Of a stretch of DNA of 42,872 bases, positions 8,019-18,453 are shown in pieces. The notes under the pieces were generated by a model. That model worked only from the letters and a program-made list of their open reading frames with translations. It ran no database searches and was not told the DNA's origin. Every line of letters starts with the position of its first letter. The stretch's first letter is position 1. The position numbers and the translations under genes are program-made. The DNA is from Spirochaetales bacterium (lineage in GTDB: Bacteria > Spirochaetota > Spirochaetia > UBA9216), in the NCBI GenBank assembly GCA_031273605.1, contig JAISRN010000179.1, positions 1 through 42,872 on the forward strand, in the 5' to 3' direction.

Positions 8019-9446
8019 CTACAAAATGTAGCGGGACAAATCCTGATCCTGAATCACATCGGCAAGCCGCTGATTGACATAGTCCTCGTCAATGTTGACC
8101 CTTTGCCCGGCCAGGTCCGGCCCGGCAAAAGAGACCTCCTCCAAAAGCAGTTCCATCACCGTGTGAAGCCGCCGGGCGCCGATATTCTCGGTCCGGCTGT
8201 TCACCTCCGCGGCAATTTTGGAAATTCGCTTTACCCCGTCCAGGGTAAAGTCCAGGGTTATCCCGTCAATCTTTAATAGCTCCGCATACTGGGTGGTAAG
8301 GGCGTTTTGGGGCTGGGTGAGGATCCGCTCAAAATCCTCAGCCTTGAGGGCCTCCAGTTCCACCCGGATGGGAAAACGGCCCTGGAGTTCCGGTATCAAG
8401 TCCGAAGGCTTGGAGATGGTAAAGGCCCCGGCGGCGATAAAAAGCATGTGGGAGGTGTCGATCATCCCGTACTTGGTGTTAACCGTGGAACCTTCCACTA
8501 TGGGCAGGATGTCCCGCTGCACCCCTTCCCGGGAAACATCCACCCCGCCCCGGCCTTCCTTGACGGCAATCTTGTCGATTTCGTCAATAAAGATGATCCC
8601 CATCTCCTCGGCCCGGTTCCGGGCCTGCTCGGCAATCTTGTCCGAATCAAGGAGCTTTTCCGATTCCTCGGCCAGCAGAATAACCTTGGCTTCCTTTATG
8701 CTTACCCGGCGCTTCTTCCGCCGTTTGCCGAACATGCTGCTCATAGCCTCCATCACATCGGTTCCCACCTCTTCCATGTTGCTCCCGCTGAAAATTTCAA
8801 TGGCGGGAAAGGCGTTCTGGCTCACGCTGATCTCCGTCAACCGGTCGTCCAGAACCCCCCGGCGGAGCATATCCCGGAATTTTTCCCGGGTAAAATCCGA
8901 GGCGGAGGCCGGCTGGGGGTCCTGGGGGGAGGCGTTAGGGGGAAGGGCCGCCGGAACCTCCTGGGGAGGGAACTCCTCGGGGCCGGAGGGACCGCCCTTA
9001 ACCTCCATTTTGGAGGCCGGCCGGGGCAAAAGAAGGTCCAGAAGGACTTCCTCCGTCCGTTTCTCCGCCTCGCTGCGGATCTCCTCTTCCATCTCCGCCC
9101 GGACCATGGCGTAGGAGACGGACATGAGGTCCCGAACTATGGATTCCACATCCCGGCCCACGTAGCCCACCTCGGTAAACTTGGTGGCCTCTACCTTGAG
9201 GAAGGGGGCCTTGCAGAGTTTTGACAGCCTCCGGGCAATCTCGGTTTTTCCCACCCCCGTGGGGCCGATCATGATGATGTTCTTAGGCGATATTTCCTGC
9301 CGGAGCTCCTTGGGGAGCTTTTGTCTCCGGGTCCGGTTCCGCAGGGCTATGGCCACGGCTTTTTTGGCCTTTTCCTGGCCGATGATGTACTTGTCCAATT
9401 CCCGGACGATCTCCCGGGGGCTTAAGTTATCCAGATCCTGGGTCAT
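8019..9446 (-). CDS. hslU: ATP-dependent protease ATPase subunit HslU
   Basis: 475 aa. Walker [15 protein letters not shown], Walker [12 protein letters not shown]-terminal LSRYIL. ATGA overlap with hslV. Confidence 0.97.
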   Translation of the reverse strand: MTQDLDNLSPREIVRELDKYIIGQEKAKKAVAIALRNRTRRQKLPKELRQEISPKNIIMIGPTGVGKTEIARRLSKLCKAPFLKVEATKFTEVGYVGRDVESIVRDLMSVSYAMVRAEMEEEIRSEAEKRTEEVLLDLLLPRPASKMEVKGGPSGPEEFPPQEVPAALPPNASPQDPQPASASDFTREKFRDMLRRGVLDDRLTEISVSQNAFPAIEIFSGSNMEEVGTDVMEAMSSMFGKRRKKRRVSIKEAKVILLAEESEKLLDSDKIAEQARNRAEEMGIIFIDEIDKIAVKEGRGGVDVSREGVQRDILPIVEGSTVNTKYGMIDTSHMLFIAAGAFTISKPSDLIPELQGRFPIRVELEALKAEDFERILTQPQNALTTQYAELLKIDGITLDFTLDGVKRISKIAAEVNSRTENIGARRLHTVMELLLEEVSFAGPDLAGQRVNIDEDYVNQRLADVIQDQDLSRYIL

Positions 9447-9976
9447 TTTACTTCCTCAACGATAATGTTGTTGTTGGTATAGATACAGATTCCCGCCGCA
9501 ATTTCCAGGGATTTTTGGGCCACTTCCCGGGCGCTCAAGGCCGGGTTTTCCAGGTAGGCCAGGGCGGCGGCATAGGCGTAATTTCCCCCGGAACCGATGC
9601 CGATGGCCCCTTTTTCCGGTTCCACCACGTCCCCCGTGCCGGAGACTAAAAAGATCCGGTGGGCGTCCGCCACCAGGAGCATGGCCTCAAGCCGCCTAAG
9701 GAGTTTGTCCATCCGCCACTGTTTGGCCAGTTCCACCGACGCCCGGGCAATGTCGTTGTCGTAGGTCTTTAACTGACCTTCAAAATGCTCAAGAAGGGTA
9801 AAGGCGTCGGCGGTGGCCCCGGCAAAGCCCACCACCACCCTGCCCTCCGCGGTGGTTCTCACCTTCCGGGCGTTGCCCTTCATGGCGGTTTCTCCAAAAG
9901 TAACCTGACCATCACCGGCCATAGCCACCATGCCGTCTTTCTTTACGGCCAGGATGGTCGTACCATGCATCTTCAT
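9443..9976 (-). CDS. hslV: ATP-dependent protease subunit HslV
   Basis: 177 aa. N-terminal Thr nucleophile context (HGTTILAV) and GSGG motif. Translationally coupled to xerC and hslU. Confidence 0.97.
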   Translation of the reverse strand: MKMHGTTILAVKKDGMVAMAGDGQVTFGETAMKGNARKVRTTAEGRVVVGFAGATADAFTLLEHFEGQLKTYDNDIARASVELAKQWRMDKLLRRLEAMLLVADAHRIFLVSGTGDVVEPEKGAIGIGSGGNYAYAAALAYLENPALSAREVAQKSLEIAAGICIYTNNNIIVEEVK

Positions 9977-10896
9977 TGTTTGACTCCTTTTCCCCCGTGG
10001 GGATGGGCCCGGCGGTAAATCTGTTTGAGGCTCTCCATCCCCAGGTGGGTGTAAATCTGGGTGGTGGACAAGCTCGAATGGCCCAGCATTTCCTGAACCT
10101 CCCGAATATTGGCGCCGTTATCCAGCAGGGCCGTGGCAAAACTATGCCTAAAAGTATGGGGACTCGCCGGTTCCCTCAAACCCGCCGTGCGGCAGCAGTG
10201 ATCCACGATCAAGGAAATGCCCCGGACCCCCAAACGCCTCCCCCGGTGATTAAGAAAGAGGGCCGCCCCGGCGTCGGGGTCCCGATTGTCCAGGCGCAGC
10301 CGCCGCAGGGGAAGGTAGACCGCCAGGGCTTCCTGAGCCCGGGCCCCCAGAAAAACATAGCGCTCCTTTCCCCCCTTGCCGGTAATCCGCAGGCGGCGGC
10401 AGCCGTTTTCCAGGTCCCTGAGGTTGGCCCCGGCAGCCTCGGAAACCCGGCAGCCCGTGGAAAATAAAAACTCAAGGAGCAGCCGGTTTCGCCGGGCGGC
10501 AAAACTCTCCCCTTGAACGCTCTCCACCAGGACATCCCACTCCCCGACGGGGATGATCCCCGGAAGGTCCCGGCCTTTTTTAAAGCCCCGGAGTCCCTCA
10601 AAGGGATTAGCGGCAATCCTTTCCCGCCTCCACTGATAGGCATAAAAGCCCCTCACCGCGGACAGACAACGGTTAAGACTCGCCGCCGCCCCTCCGGACA
10701 GGCTCTGATCCGAGAGAAAATTCCGGGCCGTCTGTCTGTCCGCCCCTTCCCAGCTAAGGCCCTCCCGCTCCAGAAAAGCCCCGTAGAGGTCCAGGTCCCG
10801 GCGGTAGGCCCGGAGGGTTTCCCGGGAAAGCAGGCGGCTTGAAACCAGGTAATCCAGGTAAGTCTTTACCGCCTGGGAATAACTTTCAGCTTTCAT
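9973..10896 (-). CDS. xerC: tyrosine recombinase XerC/CodV (start moved to the internal ATG)
   Basis: Catalytic signature ARR...[12 protein letters not shown]...TQIYTH. The ORF-track 5' extension to 10980 overlaps topA by 95 nt. The ATG at 10896 ([17 protein letters not shown]) overlaps the topA stop by only 11 nt. Confidence 0.85.
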   Translation of the reverse strand: MKAESYSQAVKTYLDYLVSSRLLSRETLRAYRRDLDLYGAFLEREGLSWEGADRQTARNFLSDQSLSGGAAASLNRCLSAVRGFYAYQWRRERIAANPFEGLRGFKKGRDLPGIIPVGEWDVLVESVQGESFAARRNRLLLEFLFSTGCRVSEAAGANLRDLENGCRRLRITGKGGKERYVFLGARAQEALAVYLPLRRLRLDNRDPDAGAALFLNHRGRRLGVRGISLIVDHCCRTAGLREPASPHTFRHSFATALLDNGANIREVQEMLGHSSLSTTQIYTHLGMESLKQIYRRAHPHGGKGVKQ

Positions 10897-13024
10897 CCGC
10901 CTCCTCCCCGCCGGCCCCTTCCTCCGTCCCGGAAGCGGAAGGCTCTTCGTGAATGACATGAAGGAAGTGGCAGTCTTCATTTATGCAGACCTTAAAACTT
11001 CCCCGCTTTTTATCGTTTTTTTCCACTAAAAACCAGCCGCAGCCCGGACAGAGGCTGGAGGTGGGTTTGTAATGGCTGATAAAATCACATTCCGGATAGT
11101 TGGTGCAGCCATAAAATTCTTTTCCCCGGCCCTTGGCCTTCTTGCGGGCCACAATCTCGCCGCCGCAGCCCGGCCGGGGACAGGCCGCCAGGGGAATGGC
11201 CCGGGTATTCCGGCAGTCGGGAAATCCCGAGCAGGCCAGGAAAAAGCCAAACCGGCCGAGCTTTTTTATCAGGGGGCGGCCGCATTTTTCGCAGACCTTA
11301 TCGGTGGGTTCATCCAAAACCCCCTTGATTGATTCCATGGTTTCATTGACATGTTCCACCTGCTCCAGAAAAGGCCCGTAGAAACCTTTGATCATCTCCT
11401 GCCAGGAGATCTTATCCTCCTCCACCTCGTCCAATTCCTCTTCCAGCCGGGCGGTAAAGCTGACTTCCAGCACCTGGGGAAACTGATTAACCAAAACATT
11501 GGAAATAATTCTTCCCAGCGCCGTGGGGATGAGCTGTTTGTTTTTCCTCACCACATAGTAACGATCCAAAAGGACCGAAATAATCGGGGCGTAGGTGGAA
11601 GGCCGGCCAATGCCTTTCTCTTCCAAAATTTTAACGATGCTGGCATCGCTGAACCGGGCCGGGCCGGTGGTGTAATGCTGCTCTTTTTCAAACCGCCGCA
11701 CCTCCAGAAGCTCCTGGGGTTTTAAGGCCGGCAGTTTTGCCGTCTTTTCCTTGGATTTAAGGAGCTTAAGAACCCTTTGATAACCCTCTTCCACCGGGTG
11801 GGAAGAGAGGGCCCTAAAGAGACCTTCCCCCAGTTGAATGTCCACCGAAACGGTGCGGGAGAGAGAGGGGGTCATTTGAGAGGAGACAAACCTTTCCCAA
11901 ATGAGGCAGTAAAGTTTAAACTGATCCCGGTTAAGAAAATCCTTAATAAAATCCGGATCGTAGGACACATAGGTGGGGCGGATCGCTTCGTGGGCGTCCT
12001 GGGCGCCCTTCTTTACCGAGTAGAGCTGGGGCTGGGGGGGGAGCTGGGCGGGAAATTTTTCCCCTAAGTATTTGCGGACTTCCTCTAAAGCCTGGTTGGA
12101 AATGCGGGTAGAATCCGTACGCATATAGGTAATAAGACCGACCCGGCTTGAATCAATGTTGATGCCCTCATAAAGCTGCTGGGCTATCTGCATGGTTTTG
12201 CGGGAGGTAAAGCCCAGCCGGTTGGCCGCATCCTGCTGCAGCTTGCTGGTGGTGTAAGGAGGCCGGGGGTTGGATTTTTTTTCGCTTTCCCTAACCGCCG
12301 TTACCACCGCGGGTTTCCCTTCCCATTTTTTAATCAGTTCCTCCACCGCCGTCTCGTTGGGAAGCAGGGCTTTTTCGTTTCCCAGTTGAACCAGTTGGGC
12401 GGAAAACTCAGTTTTTTTGTGGGCCGCAATAATATCCAGGCTCCAGTACTCCTCGGGAATGAATTCCTCGACTTCCTTTTCCCGCTCACAGATCAATCGC
12501 AGGGCCACCGACTGCACCCGGCCGGCGGAAAGGCCGTTCTTTACCTTTTTCCACAGGAGGGGGGAAAGGTTGTAACCCACCAGGCGGTCCAGTACCCGCC
12601 GGGCTTTTTGGGCGTTGACCTTGGGTTCATCCACGCCGATGGGGTGGGCCACCGCCTCCCGAATGGCTTCGGGGGTAATCTCGTTAAAAACAATCCGTTC
12701 GATTTGAAGTTCCTTGTTTTTTTTGAGCAGGTTATTCTTGAGATGATAGGCGATGGCCTCCCCCTCCCGGTCATTATCCGAGGCCAGGAGCACCCGGTTC
12801 GACTTGTTGGCCTTGGATTGAAGATCTTTAAGAATCTTGGCCTTGCCCCGGACGGTGATATACTCCGGTTCAAAGTTCTCTTCAACCCGGACCCCCATGC
12901 GGGACCGGGGCAGATCGATAAGGTGTCCCATGGAGGCGGCTACCACGTAGCCCGGCCCCAGGTACCTTTCGATGGTTTTGGCCTTGGCCGGAGATTCAAC
13001 AATGAGCAATGCAACGGATTTCAT
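10886..13024 (-). CDS. topA: DNA topoisomerase I
   Basis: 712 aa. TOPRIM start LLIVESPAKAKTIE, DNDREGE, active-site Tyr context ITYMRTDS, three or more C-terminal Cys4 zinc ribbons (CEKCGRP, CPRPGCGG, CPGCG). Confidence 0.97.
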   Translation of the reverse strand: MKSVALLIVESPAKAKTIERYLGPGYVVAASMGHLIDLPRSRMGVRVEENFEPEYITVRGKAKILKDLQSKANKSNRVLLASDNDREGEAIAYHLKNNLLKKNKELQIERIVFNEITPEAIREAVAHPIGVDEPKVNAQKARRVLDRLVGYNLSPLLWKKVKNGLSAGRVQSVALRLICEREKEVEEFIPEEYWSLDIIAAHKKTEFSAQLVQLGNEKALLPNETAVEELIKKWEGKPAVVTAVRESEKKSNPRPPYTTSKLQQDAANRLGFTSRKTMQIAQQLYEGINIDSSRVGLITYMRTDSTRISNQALEEVRKYLGEKFPAQLPPQPQLYSVKKGAQDAHEAIRPTYVSYDPDFIKDFLNRDQFKLYCLIWERFVSSQMTPSLSRTVSVDIQLGEGLFRALSSHPVEEGYQRVLKLLKSKEKTAKLPALKPQELLEVRRFEKEQHYTTGPARFSDASIVKILEEKGIGRPSTYAPIISVLLDRYYVVRKNKQLIPTALGRIISNVLVNQFPQVLEVSFTARLEEELDEVEEDKISWQEMIKGFYGPFLEQVEHVNETMESIKGVLDEPTDKVCEKCGRPLIKKLGRFGFFLACSGFPDCRNTRAIPLAACPRPGCGGEIVARKKAKGRGKEFYGCTNYPECDFISHYKPTSSLCPGCGWFLVEKNDKKRGSFKVCINEDCHFLHVIHEEPSASGTEEGAGGEEADES

Positions 13025-13025
13025 T

Positions 13026-14108
13026 TTATAACCTACCCCTAAAGGATCGTTCCTGATAACGGATTTGCCTTCCCCCCAGCTCTTCCTCCATGGCGGCGGC
13101 CAACCGGCGGCCCAGCCGGCCGGAGGGGGTCAGGTTTTCCCACTCCGGAGCTTCCCAAGGGGGCCCCTCCCCTTCCCCGGCCGGACCGGCTAGGGGACCG
13201 CCTTCAAAACCCCAATCGGAAAGGATATCCTCACCCCCGGCGGCCGCGGGAACCCCCTCGGCGTAGAGCCGCAGAATGCCCGCCGAAGGGTCCCCCGCCT
13301 CCTGAAACCCCGGCTCGGATTCCCCTTCCATAAGTCCCAGGCAGTCCCGGTGAACGTAGAGATCCCGGCCCTGCTCCAGGGCAAAATCCGCGGTAATCAG
13401 GGCGCCGGATTTAAGGGGCGCCTGAACCACCACCGTTCCCCGGGCCAGGCCGCTGATGATCCGGTTGCGCTGGGGGAAGTGGTACTTCCGGGGGGAGGTT
13501 CCCGGGGGGTACTCGCTTAACAGGCAGCCCCCCCCCTGGAGAATCCTCCGGGCGGCGGGGAGGTGGGCCCTGGGGTAAACCGTGTCCAGACCGCCGGCTA
13601 AAACCGCTACGGTCCGGCCCCCGCCGGCCAGGTTGCCCAGATGACAGGCCAGGTCGATCCCCCGGGCCAGGCCGGAAACCACCGCAATATCCCGGCGGCC
13701 AAAATCAAAGGCCATGGCAAAGGCGGCGCTCCGGCCCCGGCTTGAGGGGAAGCGGGTTCCCACCATGGCCGCCATGGGACGGGTGTAATCCGGGGGAACC
13801 CCCCGAATATAGAGAACCAGGGGAGGGTCGTAGATCTCCCGGAGCTGGGGGGGATAATCCGGAGAGGTGTAGGGCAAAATTCCAATCCGGTGATTCCCAC
13901 AAAGTTTGATGATCTCCTCTCCCCGGCTTGCCCAGAGGCGGGGCGCATAGTCTCCGGCGCACCGGCGGCCCAGGAGGGCCTCCACCCGGGGCCTGGTGAG
14001 GCTTTCCGGAGAGTCCCCGGCAGCGGCTTTCAGAAGGGCAATCCGTTCCCGGGGCTTTAGCCGGGGGATCTGGGCCGCCGCCAGGATAAAGAGAAGTTCT
14101 CCGGTCAT
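13026..14108 (-). CDS. dprA: DNA-processing protein DprA/Smf
   Basis: 360 aa. DprA Rossmann-like core (AMVGTRFPS...VVSGLARGIDLACH...GRTVAVLAGGLD...FPQRNRIISGL). Confidence 0.9.
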   Translation of the reverse strand: MTGELLFILAAAQIPRLKPRERIALLKAAAGDSPESLTRPRVEALLGRRCAGDYAPRLWASRGEEIIKLCGNHRIGILPYTSPDYPPQLREIYDPPLVLYIRGVPPDYTRPMAAMVGTRFPSSRGRSAAFAMAFDFGRRDIAVVSGLARGIDLACHLGNLAGGGRTVAVLAGGLDTVYPRAHLPAARRILQGGGCLLSEYPPGTSPRKYHFPQRNRIISGLARGTVVVQAPLKSGALITADFALEQGRDLYVHRDCLGLMEGESEPGFQEAGDPSAGILRLYAEGVPAAAGGEDILSDWGFEGGPLAGPAGEGEGPPWEAPEWENLTPSGRLGRRLAAAMEEELGGRQIRYQERSFRGRL

Positions 14109-14941
14109 CCGTTCTGCCCTCTCAGTAGCCGGTCCCGGTTGGCCAGGGCATTTTGACGGACCGTCTCGTCCTGGGACACCGCCAAAATCCGGTCGTAACA
14201 GCCCAGGGCCTCTTCCGGTTTGCCCAGGCTAACCTTAACCTGGGCCATTAAGAAAAGGGCGGCGGGGTTGTCGTCCTGATAGCCGAGGAGGGCGGCCAAC
14301 TGGGTCTCCGCATCGGCGCTCCGGCCCAATTCAAAATGGTAAAGCACCCCCAGGGCGTAGGCGGCCTCGCCGTACTGGGGCTTAAAAGTCAGGGCCAGCC
14401 GGTAGTAATACTCCGCCTCGGTCCACAGCCGGGCCCGCTCCGCCGGGTCAATCCGGCCCCTGGCCATTTGGGCGGAGCAAACCCCGGCAAAGTAATGCAG
14501 GGAGGGGGAGGTGGGATAAAATTCCAGGGCGGACTTGAGAGCCTCCAGGGCCAGGGGAAACATTTCCTGGGCCATATAAGCTAAAGCCAGGCTGCGGTAG
14601 TAATCCGCCGTTTTAACCGCCGCCTGCAGGCTGCGCTCCAACTCTTCCTCCGCCTGAGCCAGGGCCTTTTTAATTTCCTGTACCCGCCGGGCGGTTACCT
14701 CCCCCCGGTCAATGGTTTCAATCTTAACCAGATCCATGAGCCGGGAACGGAGTTCCCGCTTGGTACAGCCGGTGGGAAGGAGAAGAACCCCGACGGTAAG
14801 AATCAGACTAAGGATAGAGCCAATCCCAAAACCCGGCTGGTTTTTTGGCTCCCAGGAAAAGCGGCCTATCCCCCCCTTGTTCACTGAATTCAGCGAACGG
14901 AGGGGTTTAAGGGTTCTCATTATCTCGTACACTCTCCTCAT
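14105..14941 (-). CDS. TPR-repeat protein, probable lipoprotein
   Basis: Hydrophobic segment ending LLLPTGC (relaxed spirochaetal lipobox), then TPR-like A/Y/L repeats. Start uncertain: 14941 has GAAGGA upstream; 14956 and 14920 are alternatives. ATGA overlap with dprA. Confidence 0.7.
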   Translation of the reverse strand: MRRVYEIMRTLKPLRSLNSVNKGGIGRFSWEPKNQPGFGIGSILSLILTVGVLLLPTGCTKRELRSRLMDLVKIETIDRGEVTARRVQEIKKALAQAEEELERSLQAAVKTADYYRSLALAYMAQEMFPLALEALKSALEFYPTSPSLHYFAGVCSAQMARGRIDPAERARLWTEAEYYYRLALTFKPQYGEAAYALGVLYHFELGRSADAETQLAALLGYQDDNPAALFLMAQVKVSLGKPEEALGCYDRILAVSQDETVRQNALANRDRLLRGQNG

Positions 14942-14996
14942 TACATTCCTTCCCAATCCTAAAGACCTAGGCTATCGGAGCGGCGCTTCACCGGGG

Positions 14997-15884
14997 CTAC
15001 CCCCGGGGATGATGTTTCCGGTGGCTGTCCCGGAGATCATCCCGTTCCAGTTGGGTATAGATCTGGGTTGTGGAAATATCCGCATGCCCCAGGAGTTCCT
15101 GAATAACCCGGAGGTCCGCCCCGCCCTTCAAGAGATGGCCGGCAAAGCTATGCCTAAGGGAATGAACCTTTCCCCAATCCCAATAGCGGTGGAACCGCTT
15201 CCATATTTGCTTCCGGGAAAGTCCCCCTCCCCGGCGGTTCAGGAAAATCCGGTCCCGAAAAGCCGGAAGGGGCTTTAGCCCCGGCCTCGATTCGTCTAAG
15301 TAGCGTTTAAGCCAAAACTCCGCTTCCCCGCCCAGGGGAATCAGCCTTTCTTTATTGCCCTTTCCCCGGACTTTAATCAAGCCCTCCCCAAAGGAGAGCC
15401 CCCCCAGGTCCAGGGCGGCGGCTTCGGAAACCCGGAGGCCGCAGCTATAGATCAGCTCAAAAAGAGCCCGGTCCCTTAAGCCCAGGGGATCCCCGGTTTC
15501 GATCCGGGAGAGGAGGGCCTCCACCTCGGCCCGGGAAAAGGTTTCCGGCAGGGGCCGGCGAACCCGGGGGCGCTCCAGCTTAAGGGCGGGATTATCCCTG
15601 CGGATCCCCTCATCCTCCAGAAACCGGAAAAAGGAACGGCAGCCGCTCATGATCCGGGCGGCGGTCTGGGGTTTTAAGGGCCCCTCCCCGGTGGGGGGGT
15701 TGCGAAAGCCCATAAAGGCTTCCAGGTCTTCTATCCCGGCCGCCGCCGGATCCAGCCCCCGGTCCTCCATCCAGGACAAAAGACAAGCCGCTTCCCGGCC
15801 GTAGCTTTCGGCGGTAAGCCTTGAAAGCCTGCGGGTTACCAGGAGGTAGGAACCGTAATCCTTTAAAAGGGGGCCGTACTTCAC
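14997..15884 (-). CDS. xerD: tyrosine recombinase XerD
   Basis: 295 aa. SAM-like N-terminal domain and catalytic HSLRHSFAGHLL...TQIYTQ. GTG start. Confidence 0.85.
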   Translation of the reverse strand: MKYGPLLKDYGSYLLVTRRLSRLTAESYGREAACLLSWMEDRGLDPAAAGIEDLEAFMGFRNPPTGEGPLKPQTAARIMSGCRSFFRFLEDEGIRRDNPALKLERPRVRRPLPETFSRAEVEALLSRIETGDPLGLRDRALFELIYSCGLRVSEAAALDLGGLSFGEGLIKVRGKGNKERLIPLGGEAEFWLKRYLDESRPGLKPLPAFRDRIFLNRRGGGLSRKQIWKRFHRYWDWGKVHSLRHSFAGHLLKGGADLRVIQELLGHADISTTQIYTQLERDDLRDSHRKHHPRG

Positions 15885-15898
15885 TTTCTTCTTTACCT

Positions 15899-17104
15899 TT
15901 ACTCCAAATCCTTTTTTGCCCGGAGTACCGCGGGAATGCCCAGGTCCGAATCGCTTGAGTTTCTTCCGGACAAAAACATATTGGCGGTTCCCCGGGAGAG
16001 CCCTTCCTGCATTTTAATCCACTCCTCATAGGGAACCACATCGTGGCTGGTCTGCTCGGGCTGCTTGCAGGACGACGCTTGAGCCGCCGCCGTTCCCGGA
16101 TCAATCCCTGCGGCCACCACGGTTACTTGAATGCCCTCTTTAAATTCGGGATCCACCAAAAAACCGGACTTCCTCATGGCATCATCGCTAACCCCAACGG
16201 TAACCAGCCGCACAATATCATCGTACTCCCTCACCGTTAAGCCGGGATCGCTTATCACTGTAATTAAAATATTTTTGGCCCCGTCCAGGCTCACATTTTT
16301 CAGCATGGGATGATTTAAAGCCCGGGCGGCGGCCTCCGCGGCGCGGTTCTCCCCCGAGGCGACGCCGATGCCCAAAAAAGCTCTCCCCTGATCCCGCATA
16401 ACGGTTTCCACATCGGAAAAATCAATGTTTATGTGTTCGGTTTTAGTGATGATCTCCGATATTCCCGACACTCCCTTAACCAGCACATCATCCACCAGGG
16501 CAAGGGCATCCATAATGGGAAGGTCCCGGCCGTCTCCGTCCATCACATCCTGGGTATTGATGACGATGCTGGAATCCACGCAAGCTTCTAATTTTTTTAT
16601 CCCCTCATCGGCAAACTTTAGTTTGCGCTTCCCCTCGCCGGTAAAAGGGCGGGTTACCAGGGCTAGGGTTAATATTCCCATTTCTTTGGCAATCTGGGCA
16701 ATAACCGGAGCGGCGCCGGTTCCGGTTCCCCCTCCCATGCCGGCGGTAATAAAAACCATGTCGGCCCCCCGGAGAACTTCCTTAATTTCTTCGGCGCTTT
16801 CCTGGGCCGCCTTCTCGCCCCTCTCCGGAATGCCGCCGGCCCCTAAGCCCTTGGTTACTTTGGCGCCGATGGCCAGTTTAACAGTGGACAGGCACCTTTT
16901 TAAAGCCTGCAGATCCGTATTAACGGCGACAAATTTAACCCCGGTTAGCTTTGCCCGGATAAGATTATCCACCGCATTGCCCCCCCCGCCGCCGACGCCG
17001 ATAATCACAATTTTAGTCGGCGGATCATCCCCCCTTAACAGGTCATCGGCAGCCGGCTTGTCATCTTCGACGGCCATGTCATTAATAACGGCATTTATCT
17101 TCAT
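15899..17104 (-). CDS. ftsZ: cell division GTPase FtsZ (start moved to the second ATG)
   Basis: GVGGGGGNAV and GGGTGTGAAP tubulin signature motifs. The ATG at 17104 is preceded by GGGGAGGGGACA, which the ORF-track start (17122) would have to translate. Confidence 0.97.
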   Translation of the reverse strand: MKINAVINDMAVEDDKPAADDLLRGDDPPTKIVIIGVGGGGGNAVDNLIRAKLTGVKFVAVNTDLQALKRCLSTVKLAIGAKVTKGLGAGGIPERGEKAAQESAEEIKEVLRGADMVFITAGMGGGTGTGAAPVIAQIAKEMGILTLALVTRPFTGEGKRKLKFADEGIKKLEACVDSSIVINTQDVMDGDGRDLPIMDALALVDDVLVKGVSGISEIITKTEHINIDFSDVETVMRDQGRAFLGIGVASGENRAAEAAARALNHPMLKNVSLDGAKNILITVISDPGLTVREYDDIVRLVTVGVSDDAMRKSGFLVDPEFKEGIQVTVVAAGIDPGTAAAQASSCKQPEQTSHDVVPYEEWIKMQEGLSRGTANMFLSGRNSSDSDLGIPAVLRAKKDLE

Positions 17105-17199
17105 TGTCCCCTCCCCATACATATCAACGACTCCTTATTTTATTCTTATGATCAAAAAATCTAAGTTGCTAAAAACTTAAAAAGCCTTTGGCCGGAACC

Positions 17200-18453
17200 C
17201 TAAAAAAATTCCTTGATCCACTTAAAAAACCCTCCCCCCTTGCTCCGCCCTGCCGAACCCTCCTTTCCCCTCATTCCCCGGCCCCGGTTGTACTCCTCCT
17301 TTTCCGCCAAACCATAGGCCGCCAGCCCCACCGCAGTGGCGGCCTGGGGGCTTAGGAATTCCTCATTCGGAGCGCCTTCAACTATGGGAAGGCCAATCCG
17401 GGCCGGCAGGTTAAAGATATTCATCGCCAGCTCCTGGGCGCCGGGCAGGAGAGACCCGCCGCCGGTAATCACTATGCCGCCGGTCAAATGCTTTAGATAA
17501 TCCTTGCGGCTTAACTGTTCCCGCACCAAGCCAAAGATCTCTTCCATCCTGGGTTGAATGATTCCGCAGATCTTCTGCCGTGGAATGGAGGCCGAAGGCC
17601 AGCTTCCTACCCCGGGGATGATCACCTCCTCAAGGGAATCCACCATGGACGAAAAACAACAGCCCGACTCCTTCTTAAGCCTCTCCGCCGCTTCCCTGGG
17701 GGTTTTAAGCATAATGGAAAGATCGCTGGTTACCTGTTCGCCCCCCAGGGGCACAACCCCGGTATGATAGGGAGCGCCGTCCAGGAATACCAAAACATCC
17801 GTGGTCCCTCCCCCCAGATCAATGAGCAGGACCCCCAGTTCCTTTTCATCGGGGGACAAAACCACCCCGGAGGCGGCCAGGGATTCTAAAACAATGTCCT
17901 GAACCCGGTAGCCCGCCCGGTTAATGCACTTTAAAAGATTCTGAGCCGATGTTACGGAGCAGGTAACAATGTGCACCTCCGCTTCCAGCCGGATTCCAAT
18001 CATATCCAGGGGATCCCGAACTCCCCCCTGATCATCCACAATAAACTCCCGGGGCAAAACATGGAGCACCTCCCGGTCCATGGGAATCACAATGGCCTTG
18101 GCCGCGTCGATCACCCGGTCCACATCCTGCTGATCAATCTCCCGGCCCCGGCCGGTTACCGGAACCACCCCGCGGGAATTGATCCCCTCAATGTGGGCCC
18201 CCGCTATGCCGGTATAAACCTCGCTTACTTCGCGGCCGCTCATCATTTCCGCTTTATCAATGGCCTGCTGAACCGACTGCATGGTGGATTCAATATTAAT
18301 AACCACCCCCTTCCTCATGCCGGCCTGGGTAGGGGCGGAGCCTATCCCCAGCAAATTTAGCCGGCCTTCTTCGTTCCGCTCCCCCACCACGGCGCAAACC
18401 TTGGTAGTTCCTATATCCAGGCCCAGAATAAGATCATCATTTACCAAGGTCAT
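17200..18453 (-). CDS. ftsA: cell division protein FtsA
   Basis: 417 aa. Actin-fold phosphate motifs LDIGTTKV and IDLGGGTTD. C-terminal amphipathic tail GGGFFKWIKEFF. Confidence 0.95.
   Translation of the reverse strand: MTLVNDDLILGLDIGTTKVCAVVGERNEEGRLNLLGIGSAPTQAGMRKGVVINIESTMQSVQQAIDKAEMMSGREVSEVYTGIAGAHIEGINSRGVVPVTGRGREIDQQDVDRVIDAAKAIVIPMDREVLHVLPREFIVDDQGGVRDPLDMIGIRLEAEVHIVTCSVTSAQNLLKCINRAGYRVQDIVLESLAASGVVLSPDEKELGVLLIDLGGGTTDVLVFLDGAPYHTGVVPLGGEQVTSDLSIMLKTPREAAERLKKESGCCFSSMVDSLEEVIIPGVGSWPSASIPRQKICGIIQPRMEEIFGLVREQLSRKDYLKHLTGGIVITGGGSLLPGAQELAMNIFNLPARIGLPIVEGAPNEEFLSPQAATAVGLAAYGLAEKEEYNRGRGMRGKEGSAGRSKGGGFFKWIKEFF

Noticed and set aside
8500-9000. Pro-rich low-complexity stretch in HslU ([31 protein letters not shown]), considered as a foreign insertion
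   Set aside because: It falls in the I (intermediate) domain, which is the naturally variable, partly disordered region of HslU. I judged it not unusual enough to report.
8218-9224. Two ~300-aa plus-strand ORFs antisense to hslU
   Set aside because: Shadow ORFs with Ser/Arg/Pro/Gly-rich junk composition. The hslU frame has unambiguous AAA+ motifs.
9973-10980. Long 5' extensions given by the ORF track for xerC (to 10980), flgB (7994), ftsZ (17122), murF (23184), nadK (34757), the recN-coupled hypothetical (32219) and the MMPL pump (41814)
   Set aside because: Each extension lacks an SD, starts at a non-ATG codon or overlaps the upstream gene extensively. In each case an internal start with a good SD gives the canonical protein N-terminus.
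9973-15884. Two tyrosine recombinases (xerC, xerD) as possible integrases of a mobile element or island
   Set aside because: Both have the housekeeping Xer architecture and sit in the conserved topA-codV-hslVU and ftsZ-xerD contexts. I saw no att-like direct repeats, phage or IS genes, or compositional break around them.
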